Origin: an uncultured Muribaculaceae bacterium
Lineage (GTDB): Bacteria > Bacteroidota > Bacteroidia > Bacteroidales > Muribaculaceae
Reading direction: 5' to 3'
Length of the DNA stretch: 64,000 nucleotides
Assembly: GCA_947386115.1 (NCBI GenBank)
Contig: CANDNO010000002.1
Span: forward strand, 10,965 to 74,964
This document shows, in pieces, positions 1-8,613 of this stretch (positions are counted from its first letter, which is position 1; each line of letters begins with the position of its first letter). The translations under genes and the position numbers were made by a program. The notes under the pieces are model-generated. The model was not told where the DNA came from. It made no database searches and saw only the letters and a list, made by a program, of their open reading frames with translations.

Positions 1-560
1 TCGCGGCGGGCCTTGAGTAGCTCTCTCAGCACCCCGTTCATGGGATAGTTGCGCGAGCCGAAACGCGAGCGAAGATGTAGCATGAAGCCATCCATCCACT
101 TGTTTTTGAGCGGACGATAAACCTGGCCGAACTCTACAGGCTTGTCGCCCTGAGGGTGCAGCCAGCGGGTCACCGACGGCGCCCATTCCCAGTTGAAACA
201 GTGGGAAAACAGCACCATCACCTGTATATCGCGATCGAGCAGCGATCGTATCGCTTCGAGATTGGTGAATGTCATGCGCCGCATCATCTGCTCGTCGCTT
301 ATGTGCAGCAGTTTTATCGTTTCGACTATATAATCGGCAAAGTTATGGTAGAAATCCTTCACGATGCGACGTTGCTCATCGGCGCTCTTCTCGGGAAACG
401 AATCGGCAATGTGCTTCTCGACCACATGCCGGCGATACCCCACGACATGATAGGCAAGAAAATATACAATATCGGCCAGTACATACAGTACCCTCAGCGG
501 CAACAGAGCCACCGCGTGAGCCATCCAGCCCAATGGAGCATATAGCCAATTCTTACTCAT
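1..560 (-). CDS. LpxL/HtrB-family lipid A (lysophospholipid-type) acyltransferase, N-terminal part; the 3' end lies beyond the window
   Basis: Absent from the ORF track because it runs off the edge. Manual reverse translation from ATG 560-558 gives MSKNWLYAPLGWMAHAVALLPLRVLYVLADIVYFLAYHVVGYRRHVVEKHIADSFPEKSADEQRRIVKDFYHNF...MVLFSHCFNWEWAP... It has an N-terminal membrane helix and the H-x4-E acyltransferase motif (HCFNWE). Confidence 0.6.
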   Translation of the reverse strand, partial: MSKNWLYAPLGWMAHAVALLPLRVLYVLADIVYFLAYHVVGYRRHVVEKHIADSFPEKSADEQRRIVKDFYHNFADYIVETIKLLHISDEQMMRRMTFTNLEAIRSLLDRDIQVMVLFSHCFNWEWAPSVTRWLHPQGDKPVEFGQVYRPLKNKWMDGFMLHLRSRFGSRNYPMNGVLRELLKARR

Positions 561-567
561 AATCCAC

Positions 568-1887
568 TCAAACCAATGTTCCTACGAGCTCTTCAATACC
601 GTCGGGGCCGGGACCGTCAAGCCTCACGTTTACGATTGTGTTATCAAGCTCGAGGGGAGCGTTCACGCTTACCTTAATATAATTGTCGGTAAATCCGCTC
701 ATAGGGTGTCCCGGGCGCGGGTGCTCGAGCAGTACCGGCCGCGTGGTTCCGATAAAACGCGATGTAAAACGCTGTAACAGGTCATCGCTCACGGCAAGCA
801 TCTCGCGAGTGCGCCGATGCTTCTCGGCCTGGTCAACCACATAATCTATATCGAGAGCCTTGGTGCCGGGACGCTCGCTATATGTAAAGACATGCAGACG
901 GCTTATGGGCAACGACTCTACAAACGCCTTTGAGCGGGCAAACTCGTCGGGCGTCTCGCCTCGAGCTCCCACAATCAAATCCACGCCTATGAATGCGTCG
1001 GGCATAGCCTCGACTATGCGCTCCATCTTGTGGCGGAACAACGCGGTGTCGTAGTGACGACGCATAAGCGACAGCACTGCATCGCTGCCGCTCTGCAAAG
1101 GCACGTGAAAGTGTGGCATGAAACGGCGCGACGAGGCTACGAAATCAATAATCTCGTCGGTGAGCAGGTTGGGCTCGATCGACGATATACGGTAGCGCTC
1201 GATGCCGTCGACTCGATCAAGCTCGCGAATAAGGTCAAGGAAATTATCGTCGCGACCTTTGCCGAAATCGCCTATATTCACACCGGTAATCACTATCTCG
1301 CGACCACCCTCGGCAGCCACACGTCGAGCCTGCTCGACCATACTCTCGATCGATCCCGAGCGTGAGCGTCCGCGGGCACGCGGTATCGTGCAATAGCTGC
1401 ACCAGTAGTCACAACCGTCCTGTACCTTAAGGAAGTAGCGGGTACGGTCGCCGCGCGAGCATGAAGGCACAAATTCGCGCAGCTCCTGCAATGGAGTCAC
1501 CTCCACACGGTTGGCGCGAGTGCGGCGCCACTCGTCGATAAATTCTATCAGCTTGAGTTTCTGATTGGTACCTCCTACTATTTTCACACCGGGAAGCGCC
1601 GCCACCTCCTCGCTTTTGAGCTGGGCATAGCAACCGGTCACCACGATGGCAGCATCGGGGTAACGGCGGGCAAAGCCGCGTATGGCCTGCCGGCACTTCT
1701 TGTCGGCCAGCTCGGTCACCGAGCAGGTGTTGACAACAATGATGTCGGGGGTCTCGCCCGCGGCCACACGCCTTATGCCCCGTTCGCCCATGAGTCGGGC
1801 TACGGTCGAAGTCTCGGCAAAGTTGAGTTTGCAGCCAAAGGTGTGAAACAGCGCGGTGCAGTTATCAAAAGTCGTGTTGTCAATCAT
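568..1887 (-). CDS. mtaB: tRNA methylthiotransferase, MiaB-like radical-SAM enzyme (MtaB type)
   Basis: N-terminal MTTase domain (FHTFGCKLNFAETS...VVNTCSVT), radical-SAM CxxxCxxC (GCDYWCSYCTIP) and a C-terminal TRAM-like region. The start is set at ATG 1887 (MIDNTTF) because the track start at 1908 sits 2 nt from the -7 box. Confidence 0.8.
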   Translation of the reverse strand: MIDNTTFDNCTALFHTFGCKLNFAETSTVARLMGERGIRRVAAGETPDIIVVNTCSVTELADKKCRQAIRGFARRYPDAAIVVTGCYAQLKSEEVAALPGVKIVGGTNQKLKLIEFIDEWRRTRANRVEVTPLQELREFVPSCSRGDRTRYFLKVQDGCDYWCSYCTIPRARGRSRSGSIESMVEQARRVAAEGGREIVITGVNIGDFGKGRDDNFLDLIRELDRVDGIERYRISSIEPNLLTDEIIDFVASSRRFMPHFHVPLQSGSDAVLSLMRRHYDTALFRHKMERIVEAMPDAFIGVDLIVGARGETPDEFARSKAFVESLPISRLHVFTYSERPGTKALDIDYVVDQAEKHRRTREMLAVSDDLLQRFTSRFIGTTRPVLLEHPRPGHPMSGFTDNYIKVSVNAPLELDNTIVNVRLDGPGPDGIEELVGTLV

Positions 1888-1909
1888 GAAAAAACAGCTT
1901 GTGAACATG

Positions 1910-1917
1910 CAAAGGTA
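1910..1917 (-). promoter_or_regulatory. Bacteroidetes -7 box (TACCTTTG on the minus strand) for mtaB
   Basis: The plus strand reads CAAAGGTA, whose reverse complement TACCTTTG matches TAnnTTTG. It lies 23 nt upstream of ATG 1887 and forms one arm of the 11-bp inverted repeat at 1909-1938. Confidence 0.5.
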
Positions 1918-1929
1918 GTGTTTTTTTAC

Positions 1930-1937
1930 TACCTTTG
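1930..1937 (+). promoter_or_regulatory. Bacteroidetes -7 box (TACCTTTG) for the aminotransferase gene
   Basis: TACCTTTG matches TAnnTTTG and lies 25 nt upstream of ATG 1962. The track start at 1935 is a TTG inside this box. Confidence 0.5.
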
Positions 1938-1961
1938 CAAAATAATAACTTAGGCTATATT

Positions 1962-3152
1962 ATGAATATCTCAGACCGCATCAAGGCCCTTGCCCCATCG
2001 GCAACCTTGGCAATGTCCCAGAAAAGTGCTGAGCTTAAAGCTCAGGGTATTGACGTCATCAACATGTCGGTAGGCGAACCCGACTTCAACACTCCGACCC
2101 ACATCAAGGCCGCAGCAATCGAAGCCATCGCCGACAACTTCACATTCTATACGCCCGTGCCCGGCTACATGTCGCTGCGCGAAGCCATCTGCGCCAAACT
2201 GCGCGACGAGAACGGCGTCGAATACACCCCGGCCCAGATCGTGGTAGGCAACGGCGCCAAGCAGGAACTCTGCAACGTAATCCTCGCTACCATCAATCCC
2301 GGCGACGAGGTCATCATTCCCACCCCGGCATGGGTGAGCTACGTAGAGATGGTCAAGCTCGCCGAGGGCAAGAGCGTGCTCGTGCCCGCCACTATCGAGA
2401 GCAACTTCAAGATCACTCCCGAGCAGCTCGAGGCAGCCATCACCCCCGCCACCCGTATGGTGCTCCTGTGCTCCCCCTCCAACCCCACCGGCAGCGTGTA
2501 TTCCAAAGATGAGCTCCAGGCCCTCGTAAACGTAATCGCCAAATACCCCGACATCCTCGTACTGGCCGACGAGATTTACGAGCACATCAACTATACCGGT
2601 TCATTCACATCGCTCGCATCGTTCCCCGAGATACACGACCGCGTGGTACTCATCAACGGCGTGTCAAAAGCCTATGCCATGACAGGCTGGCGCATAGGAT
2701 TCTGTGCCGCTCCGCTCGAGATAGCCAAGGCTGTGAGCAAGCTTCAGGGCCAGTACACATCGGGCTGTAGCTCGATAGCCCAGAAAGCCGCCGAAGCCGC
2801 CTACACCGGCTCGCAGGAATGTGTCGAGACCATGCGCAAGGCCTTCGAACGCCGCCGCGACCTCATCGTCAAGCTGGCATCGATGATTCCCGGACTGAAA
2901 GTCAACCGTCCCGACGGCGCCTTCTACCTCTTCCCCGAGGTATCATCGTTCATAGGCAAGAGCGACGGCGAGACCACCATCACATCGTCGGGCGACCTCA
3001 CCATGTACCTGCTCGAGCACGCACGCGTAGCCACAGTCGACGGCGCCGCCTTCTGCCTCGACGGCTACATCCGCCTCAGCTACGCCACCAGCGACGACAA
3101 CATCAAGGAAGCAATGCGCCGCATCTCCGCCGCCCTCTCCCGCCTGCACTAA
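1962..3152 (+). CDS. Class I pyridoxal-phosphate aminotransferase (aspartate aminotransferase type)
   Basis: Full-length match to the class I aminotransferase pattern: NMSVGEPDFNTP, PSNPTG, and the PLP-lysine motif SKAYAMTGWRIG. Confidence 0.8.
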   Translation: MNISDRIKALAPSATLAMSQKSAELKAQGIDVINMSVGEPDFNTPTHIKAAAIEAIADNFTFYTPVPGYMSLREAICAKLRDENGVEYTPAQIVVGNGAKQELCNVILATINPGDEVIIPTPAWVSYVEMVKLAEGKSVLVPATIESNFKITPEQLEAAITPATRMVLLCSPSNPTGSVYSKDELQALVNVIAKYPDILVLADEIYEHINYTGSFTSLASFPEIHDRVVLINGVSKAYAMTGWRIGFCAAPLEIAKAVSKLQGQYTSGCSSIAQKAAEAAYTGSQECVETMRKAFERRRDLIVKLASMIPGLKVNRPDGAFYLFPEVSSFIGKSDGETTITSSGDLTMYLLEHARVATVDGAAFCLDGYIRLSYATSDDNIKEAMRRISAALSRLH

Positions 3153-3178
3153 CCTCTCCCCCGAACCAACAATCCGAA

Positions 3179-3206
3179 CCGCAAATTACGCAAATTGCGC
3201 AAATTT
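3179..3206. repeat. Array of about three 8-9-mers (CGCAAATT-like) upstream of the GxxExxY gene
   Basis: CCGCAAATTACGCAAATTGCGCAAATTT. It is the inverted counterpart of 3718-3744. Confidence 0.8.
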
Positions 3207-3279
3207 ATTTTAGGCACTGCGTCGACTTTCTTGAAACGAGCATCGCACAAATTTATTTAACACTCCGCATCGAGACATT

Positions 3280-3660
3280 ATGGTAAAAGACATCGGTTTT
3301 GACATTATTGGAGCAGCGATGGAAGTTCATAGGATTTTAGGTCCGGGCTTGCTTGAATCTGCATATAAAGCGGCTCTCACAAAAGAACTTGTTTCACGAG
3401 GGCACTTTGTGGCAACGGAGGTTCCTATCGGAATAGTATATAAAGGAGAGAAACTTGATGTTGGCTATCGGGCCGATTTGATAGTAAACAACGAGGTCAT
3501 TATAGAACTGAAAGCAGTTACCGAGATCAACCCGGTTTACCACATGCAACTGCTCACATACTTGAAATTATCAGGCAAGAAATTAGGATTCCTGTTTAAT
3601 TTCAACACACCGAGCCTCGTTTACAACGAATCATATTTTAGAAAAGTAAATAATTTTTAA
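3280..3660 (+). CDS. GxxExxY protein (PD-(D/E)XK-like small protein family)
   Basis: 126 aa. The family motif is present as GPGLLESAY (G-x-x-E-x-x-Y). The DLIVNNEVIIELK strand is typical of this family. GC is visibly lower than in the flanks. Confidence 0.8.
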   Translation: MVKDIGFDIIGAAMEVHRILGPGLLESAYKAALTKELVSRGHFVATEVPIGIVYKGEKLDVGYRADLIVNNEVIIELKAVTEINPVYHMQLLTYLKLSGKKLGFLFNFNTPSLVYNESYFRKVNNF

Positions 3661-3689
3661 ATTCGCGAAATTCGCGTAATTCGCGATTC
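3660..3689. repeat. Three tandem 8-mers (AATTCGCG-like) immediately after the GxxExxY stop
   Basis: AATTCGCGAAATTCGCGTAATTCGCGATTC. Confidence 0.8.
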
Positions 3690-3717
3690 AAAAACAACCA
3701 GCATAAAAAACAACAAC

Positions 3718-3744
3718 AATTTGCGTAATTTGCGAAATTTGCGG
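3718..3744. repeat. Array of about three 8-9-mers (AATTTGCG-like), inverted relative to 3179-3206
   Basis: AATTTGCGTAATTTGCGAAATTTGCGG. Its reverse complement, CCGCAAATTTCGCAAATTACGCAAATT, closely matches the upstream array. Confidence 0.8.
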
Positions 3745-3792
3745 TTGAATAATTCACCCAACAAGAGCAAGACGCGTTAAATATAACTTATT

Positions 3793-5088
3793 ATGAATTT
3801 TATTGAAGAACTTACTTGGCGCGGGATGATTCACTCAGTGATGCCCGGCACCGAAGAACAACTAAATAAGGAAATGACCACGGCCTACCTGGGCATCGAC
3901 CCCACCGCCGACAGCCTCCACATAGGCCACCTCGTGGGAGTGATGATGCTCAAACACCTCCAGCGCGCCGGCCACAAACCCATCGCGCTCGTAGGCGGAG
4001 CAACCGGCATGATCGGCGACCCCTCGATGAAGAGCCAGGAGCGCAAACTCATCGACGAAGAGACCCTGCGCCACAACCAGGAAGCCATCAAGCGCCAGCT
4101 CGCCAAATTCCTCGACTTTGACAGCGACGCCCCCAACGCCGCCGAGCTCGTCAACAACTACGACTGGATGAAGAACTTCTCGTTCCTCGAGTTCATCCGC
4201 GACATCGGCAAACACATCACCGTCAACTACATGATGGCCAAAGACTCGGTCAAGAAACGCCTCTCGGGCGAGTCGCGCGAGGGAATGTCCTTCACCGAGT
4301 TCTCCTACCAGCTCCTCCAGGGCTACGACTTCCTGCACCTGTACCAGACACGCAACTGCCGCCTGCAGCTGGGCGGTAGCGACCAGTGGGGCAACATGAC
4401 CACCGGTACCGAGCTCATACGCCGCAAGACAGGCGAGGAGAACGTCTTTGCCATCACCTGCCCGCTCATCACAAAAGCCGACGGCGGCAAATTCGGCAAG
4501 ACCGAGAGCGGCAACGTATGGCTCGACGCCCGTTACACCTCACCCTACAAGTTCTACCAGTTCTGGCTCAACGTCTCCGACGCCGACGCCGAGAAATACA
4601 TCAAGATATTCACCTCGCTGCCCAAGGAGGAAATCGACGAACTCATCGCACAGCAGGCAGCCGACCCCGGCCAGCGCCCGCTGCAGCGCCGTCTTGCCAA
4701 GGAAATCACAATCATGGTTCACAGCGAGGACGACTACAATGCCGCTGTCGAAGCATCACAGATTCTGTTCAGCAACAAAGCCGGCGAAATCCTTCACCGC
4801 ATCGACGAGGACACACTCCTCGCAGTGTTTGAAGGCGTGCCCACATTCGAGGTGAACCGTGCCGACATCGAGGCCGGCGTTAAACTGGCCGACCTTCTCG
4901 TCGACCTCGCCCCCGTATTCCCCTCCAAGGGCGAACTGCGCAAACTCGCCCAGGGAGGTGGCTTCGCCATCAACAAAGAGAAAGTAGCCGATCCCTACGC
5001 GCCCGCCTCGACCGACATGCTACTGAACGACAAATACATCCTCGTTCAGAAAGGCAAGAAGAACTACTACCTCCTCATTGTCAAGTAA
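3793..5088 (+). CDS. tyrS: Tyrosine--tRNA ligase
   Basis: HIGH motif (SLHIGHLVG), KMSKS-type motif (KFGKTESG), GGSDQWGN, and a C-terminal S4-like domain. Confidence 0.9.
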   Translation: MNFIEELTWRGMIHSVMPGTEEQLNKEMTTAYLGIDPTADSLHIGHLVGVMMLKHLQRAGHKPIALVGGATGMIGDPSMKSQERKLIDEETLRHNQEAIKRQLAKFLDFDSDAPNAAELVNNYDWMKNFSFLEFIRDIGKHITVNYMMAKDSVKKRLSGESREGMSFTEFSYQLLQGYDFLHLYQTRNCRLQLGGSDQWGNMTTGTELIRRKTGEENVFAITCPLITKADGGKFGKTESGNVWLDARYTSPYKFYQFWLNVSDADAEKYIKIFTSLPKEEIDELIAQQAADPGQRPLQRRLAKEITIMVHSEDDYNAAVEASQILFSNKAGEILHRIDEDTLLAVFEGVPTFEVNRADIEAGVKLADLLVDLAPVFPSKGELRKLAQGGGFAINKEKVADPYAPASTDMLLNDKYILVQKGKKNYYLLIVK

Positions 5089-5116
5089 ACATCCCCACAC
5101 ACACGGCATATCCACG

Positions 5117-5148
5117 AAGTCCCGCCCTCCCCGGCGGGACTTCTTTTT
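5117..5148 (+). terminator. Rho-independent terminator after tyrS
   Basis: AAGTCCCGCC-loop-GGCGGGACTT (10-bp stem) followed by CTTTTT. Confidence 0.75.
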
Positions 5149-5318
5149 AGAGCCGGTTCGACAATAATTGCCGTCGAGTGGCCGCCCTGCAATTATCATT
5201 TATCGTCTAACAGGCTTTTATGTTAATGCCGAATCCTAATTTTATAAAAGAATTTAAAAAATATTCACCGTTATTTAAATTTTTTGTCGAAAAAGTTGCG
5301 AGATAAAATTCCATTATT

Positions 5319-5326
5319 TAAATTTG
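5319..5326 (+). promoter_or_regulatory. Candidate -7 box (TAAATTTG) for PUL 1
   Basis: Matches TAnnTTTG within the AT-rich 370-bp intergenic region. It implies a leader of about 135 nt, so this is only one of several possible boxes. Confidence 0.25.
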
Positions 5327-5461
5327 TAATTATTTCTTACCGTAAAGTATACACAACAAAGTGAATATGGGATTATTTAAACAAAGTTAACTTAAAAATT
5401 TTTCTTACATCTCTCCACCGAAACAAAACAACACCAGTCATATTTTTTCACAACTCTGACC

Positions 5462-8400
5462 ATGAAAACAAAACTAAAGAACCTAAGACTTATGGTCTCA
5501 TTATGGTGTATGGTAATAGCCATCTGTGCAAGCGCACAGGTAACAGTTACCGGTACCGTAAGCGACAGTAGCGGCGATGGACTGCCGGGCGTCACTGTAA
5601 GATTGAAAAGTGATCCCAACACAGGAATCGCAACTGATATCGACGGTAAATTTGCTCTACAGGTACCCGACCTGAACGGAACACTTGAGTTTACCTACAT
5701 CGGTTACAAGAAACAGAGCGTAGCCCTCAAGGGTCGCCAGAACATAGACGTAACGATGGAAGAAGACACCGAGATGCTCGACGAGGTCGTAGTCGTTGGT
5801 TACGGCGTCCAGAAAAAAGTCACCCTCACCGGCTCCGTATCTTCAATATCAGGCAAGGATCTTGTAAAAGCACCAATGCAAAACGTCTCGAATATGCTCA
5901 CCGGTAAGGTATCGGGCTTGACCGCCATACAGTCGACAGGTCTTCCCGGTGCCGATAACGCCGCCATACACGTGCGCGGCGTCAACGACTTTGCAGGTTC
6001 GGGCCCGCTGGTAATCGTCGACGGTGTCCCCATGGACATGAACTCGGTCAACCCCCAGGATGTCGAGAGCGTATCGGTACTGAAAGACGCCGCCGCAGCC
6101 ATCTATGGTGTGCAGGGTGCCAACGGTGTTATACTTATCACCACCAAGAAAGGTGCTGAAGGCAATGCCAAGATTTCGTATAGCGGCTCTGTAACCTGGA
6201 ACCGCAATACCGCCATGCCCGAGTACCTCAACGCCGAGGAATACATGTACTGGCACAACAAGGCATCGGGCCTCGACGGCATCACACCCCGCTTCAACGC
6301 CGAGTTCCAGCGCCGCGTGCTCGAAGGCAACAACGACCCCGACTCATGGCTGGGCGAGACCGACTGGATCAAGGAGACTTTCCGCACAGGTCTCACCAAC
6401 AACCACACCATCTCGGCAACAGGCGGAACAGCCAAGACACATTATTATGTATCGGCCGGCATCATGGACCAGCAGGGTACCATGCGTAACACCAACTATC
6501 GCCGTTACAACCTCCGCTCCAATCTTGATATCACCGTAGCCAAAAACCTGCGTTTCGTATCGAATATCTCGGGCTACCGCACCGAGCGCAAATGGCCTGC
6601 CGTGAACATCACCAACCAGCAGGACGAGTTCAACCCCGCGCGCCACGCTATAGCAGCAGTTCCTATCATCAAGAAGGAATACAAAGGTGTGCCCCTCGCT
6701 TATAGAGCAGGCGACTCGCAGTACAACCCCATACACCTGCTCGAAAACACCGGACAGTCAACACTTAACGTAAACGTAATCAACGTGAGCGGCATGCTCG
6801 AATATCACTTCAAGGATATTCATCCCGTTCTCGAAGGCCTTAAGGCATCGATCTGGGCCAACTACCAGTACACACACGGTCTTACAGGCAACTTTACCGA
6901 CCGTCCCAAGAACTACTACACCGGAATCGATTTTGCCGAGCCGGTTCTCAACGTCACTCCCGGCTTTGGCGAGGATGGTTCTTACTTCCGCGGTTCAAGC
7001 TGGGCCAACAACTGGATATTCCGTCCCCAGGTCAACTACAACCACAAGTTCGGCAAAGCCGATATAGGCGTCATGTACCTCTACGAGGCCACCCGCTACT
7101 CGAGCGGCGTGTTCCAGGCATCGGCCAAGAACTATATCACCAATGACCCCGTCGACATCTCGCTCGGTGGCGAGACCGTTCCCACCAGTGTCTCGGGCAG
7201 CCACCAGGTAACATCGATGATTTCACACGTGGGACGTTTCAACTTCGTGTGGGACAGCAAGTATCTCTTCGAGTTCGCATTCCGCGTCGACGGTTCTTAC
7301 AAGTTCGCTCCCGATAATCGCTGGGGATTCTTCCCCTCGGCATCGGCCGGCTGGGTAATATCGAGCGAGCCTTTCATAAAGGAAAATCTTCACTGGATCG
7401 ACAACCTGAAACTGCGTGCCAGCTACGGTGAATCGGGTAAAGACAATATCAGCCCGTTCCTCTACACCTACCTTTTTGAGAAACCCGTTACCAACGGCTA
7501 CTTCCTCAACGGCAACCCTGTTACCCTTTACTACACCAACTCTTACCTGCAGCCCGACCTGAAGTGGTCAACGACCCGCACATACAACATCGGTCTCGAT
7601 GTCGACGTGCTGCAGCGTAAACTTGGTGCCGAGATTGATGTATTCTACCAGCACACCAGCGACCTTATCGAGTCGATCGGTGGCAAATATCCCTCATCGC
7701 TCGGCGGAAACAACCCCACTCGCGAGAACTCAGGCGCTATTGAAAACCGCGGTATCGACATCACCCTCAAGCACCAGCTTGCAGTTACCAAGGACTTCAA
7801 CTACAGCATCCGCAGCACATTCAGCTTCGCTCGCAACAAGGTGTTGAAGATGAAGACCAGCGATGACCACCCCATGTACAACTCACAGCTCGGCCACTCG
7901 ATGGGCGCACGCTTCGGCCTCATCGCTACCGGACTGTTCCAGACCCAGGAGCAGCTTGACAACTACCCCGCACCCCCCTCGGGCAGCATTCGCCTCGGCG
8001 ACATCATGTACAAGGATACAAACGGTGACGGCAAAATCATGTACAAGGGCACCGAGAGCGACTACGTACGCATCGGTTACGGCGCTCTTCCCGAAATCTC
8101 GTTCTCAATGAACATGGATTTCAACTACAAGAACTTCTACCTCAACATGCTCTGGCAAGGTGTCAGCCACGTCGACTATCAGCTCAACGGCGCGTGGGGC
8201 AACGGTCACACCGACCACACACCCTACACCCGCCCCTTCTATGGCGACACCAACGCTCCCAAGTATCTTGTAGAGCAGGCCTGGACCCCCGAGAATACCG
8301 ACGCCCGCTATCCGCGTCTGTCGACAATCGCCAACCAGAACAACGCCGTTACCTCTACCTGGTGGCTGGTCAACGGCGAATACCTGCGACTCAAGAACCT

Positions 8401-8593
8401 CGTCTTCGGTTACGAACTGCCCGAACAGATCCTTACCAAGACACCGTTCAGCCGTGTCAACGTATATGTTGCCGGCACCAACGTGTGGACACTGAGCCAC
8501 TTCAAGTATGTCGACCCCGAGTCTCCCTCGGTCAGCGCCGGCCACTATCCGCAGCAGTCAACCTGGAGCTTAGGTCTTAATGTATCATTCTAA
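5462..8593 (+). CDS. SusC/RagA-family TonB-dependent outer-membrane transporter (PUL 1)
   Basis: Signal peptide, CarboxypepD_reg-like N-terminus (VTVTGTVSDSSGDGLPGVTV), plug motif DEVVVVGYGVQKKVTLTGSVS, 1043 aa, and a C-terminal aromatic residue (..NVSF). Confidence 0.9.
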   Translation: MKTKLKNLRLMVSLWCMVIAICASAQVTVTGTVSDSSGDGLPGVTVRLKSDPNTGIATDIDGKFALQVPDLNGTLEFTYIGYKKQSVALKGRQNIDVTMEEDTEMLDEVVVVGYGVQKKVTLTGSVSSISGKDLVKAPMQNVSNMLTGKVSGLTAIQSTGLPGADNAAIHVRGVNDFAGSGPLVIVDGVPMDMNSVNPQDVESVSVLKDAAAAIYGVQGANGVILITTKKGAEGNAKISYSGSVTWNRNTAMPEYLNAEEYMYWHNKASGLDGITPRFNAEFQRRVLEGNNDPDSWLGETDWIKETFRTGLTNNHTISATGGTAKTHYYVSAGIMDQQGTMRNTNYRRYNLRSNLDITVAKNLRFVSNISGYRTERKWPAVNITNQQDEFNPARHAIAAVPIIKKEYKGVPLAYRAGDSQYNPIHLLENTGQSTLNVNVINVSGMLEYHFKDIHPVLEGLKASIWANYQYTHGLTGNFTDRPKNYYTGIDFAEPVLNVTPGFGEDGSYFRGSSWANNWIFRPQVNYNHKFGKADIGVMYLYEATRYSSGVFQASAKNYITNDPVDISLGGETVPTSVSGSHQVTSMISHVGRFNFVWDSKYLFEFAFRVDGSYKFAPDNRWGFFPSASAGWVISSEPFIKENLHWIDNLKLRASYGESGKDNISPFLYTYLFEKPVTNGYFLNGNPVTLYYTNSYLQPDLKWSTTRTYNIGLDVDVLQRKLGAEIDVFYQHTSDLIESIGGKYPSSLGGNNPTRENSGAIENRGIDITLKHQLAVTKDFNYSIRSTFSFARNKVLKMKTSDDHPMYNSQLGHSMGARFGLIATGLFQTQEQLDNYPAPPSGSIRLGDIMYKDTNGDGKIMYKGTESDYVRIGYGALPEISFSMNMDFNYKNFYLNMLWQGVSHVDYQLNGAWGNGHTDHTPYTRPFYGDTNAPKYLVEQAWTPENTDARYPRLSTIANQNNAVTSTWWLVNGEYLRLKNLVFGYELPEQILTKTPFSRVNVYVAGTNVWTLSHFKYVDPESPSVSAGHYPQQSTWSLGLNVSF

Positions 8594-8613
8594 TGATTGG
8601 GAGGAATTTAACA

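Noticed and set aside
156-545. Plus-strand ORFs (129 aa and 97 aa) at the left edge.
   Set aside because: Their translations are rich in H, R and Q with no recognisable motif. The opposite strand gives a clean LpxL-family acyltransferase N-terminus (membrane helix plus the HX4E motif) starting at 560.
3280-3660. The GxxExxY gene as a marker of a 23S rRNA intervening sequence.
   Set aside because: No rRNA sequence is present on either side. The gene sits between aspC-like and tyrS.
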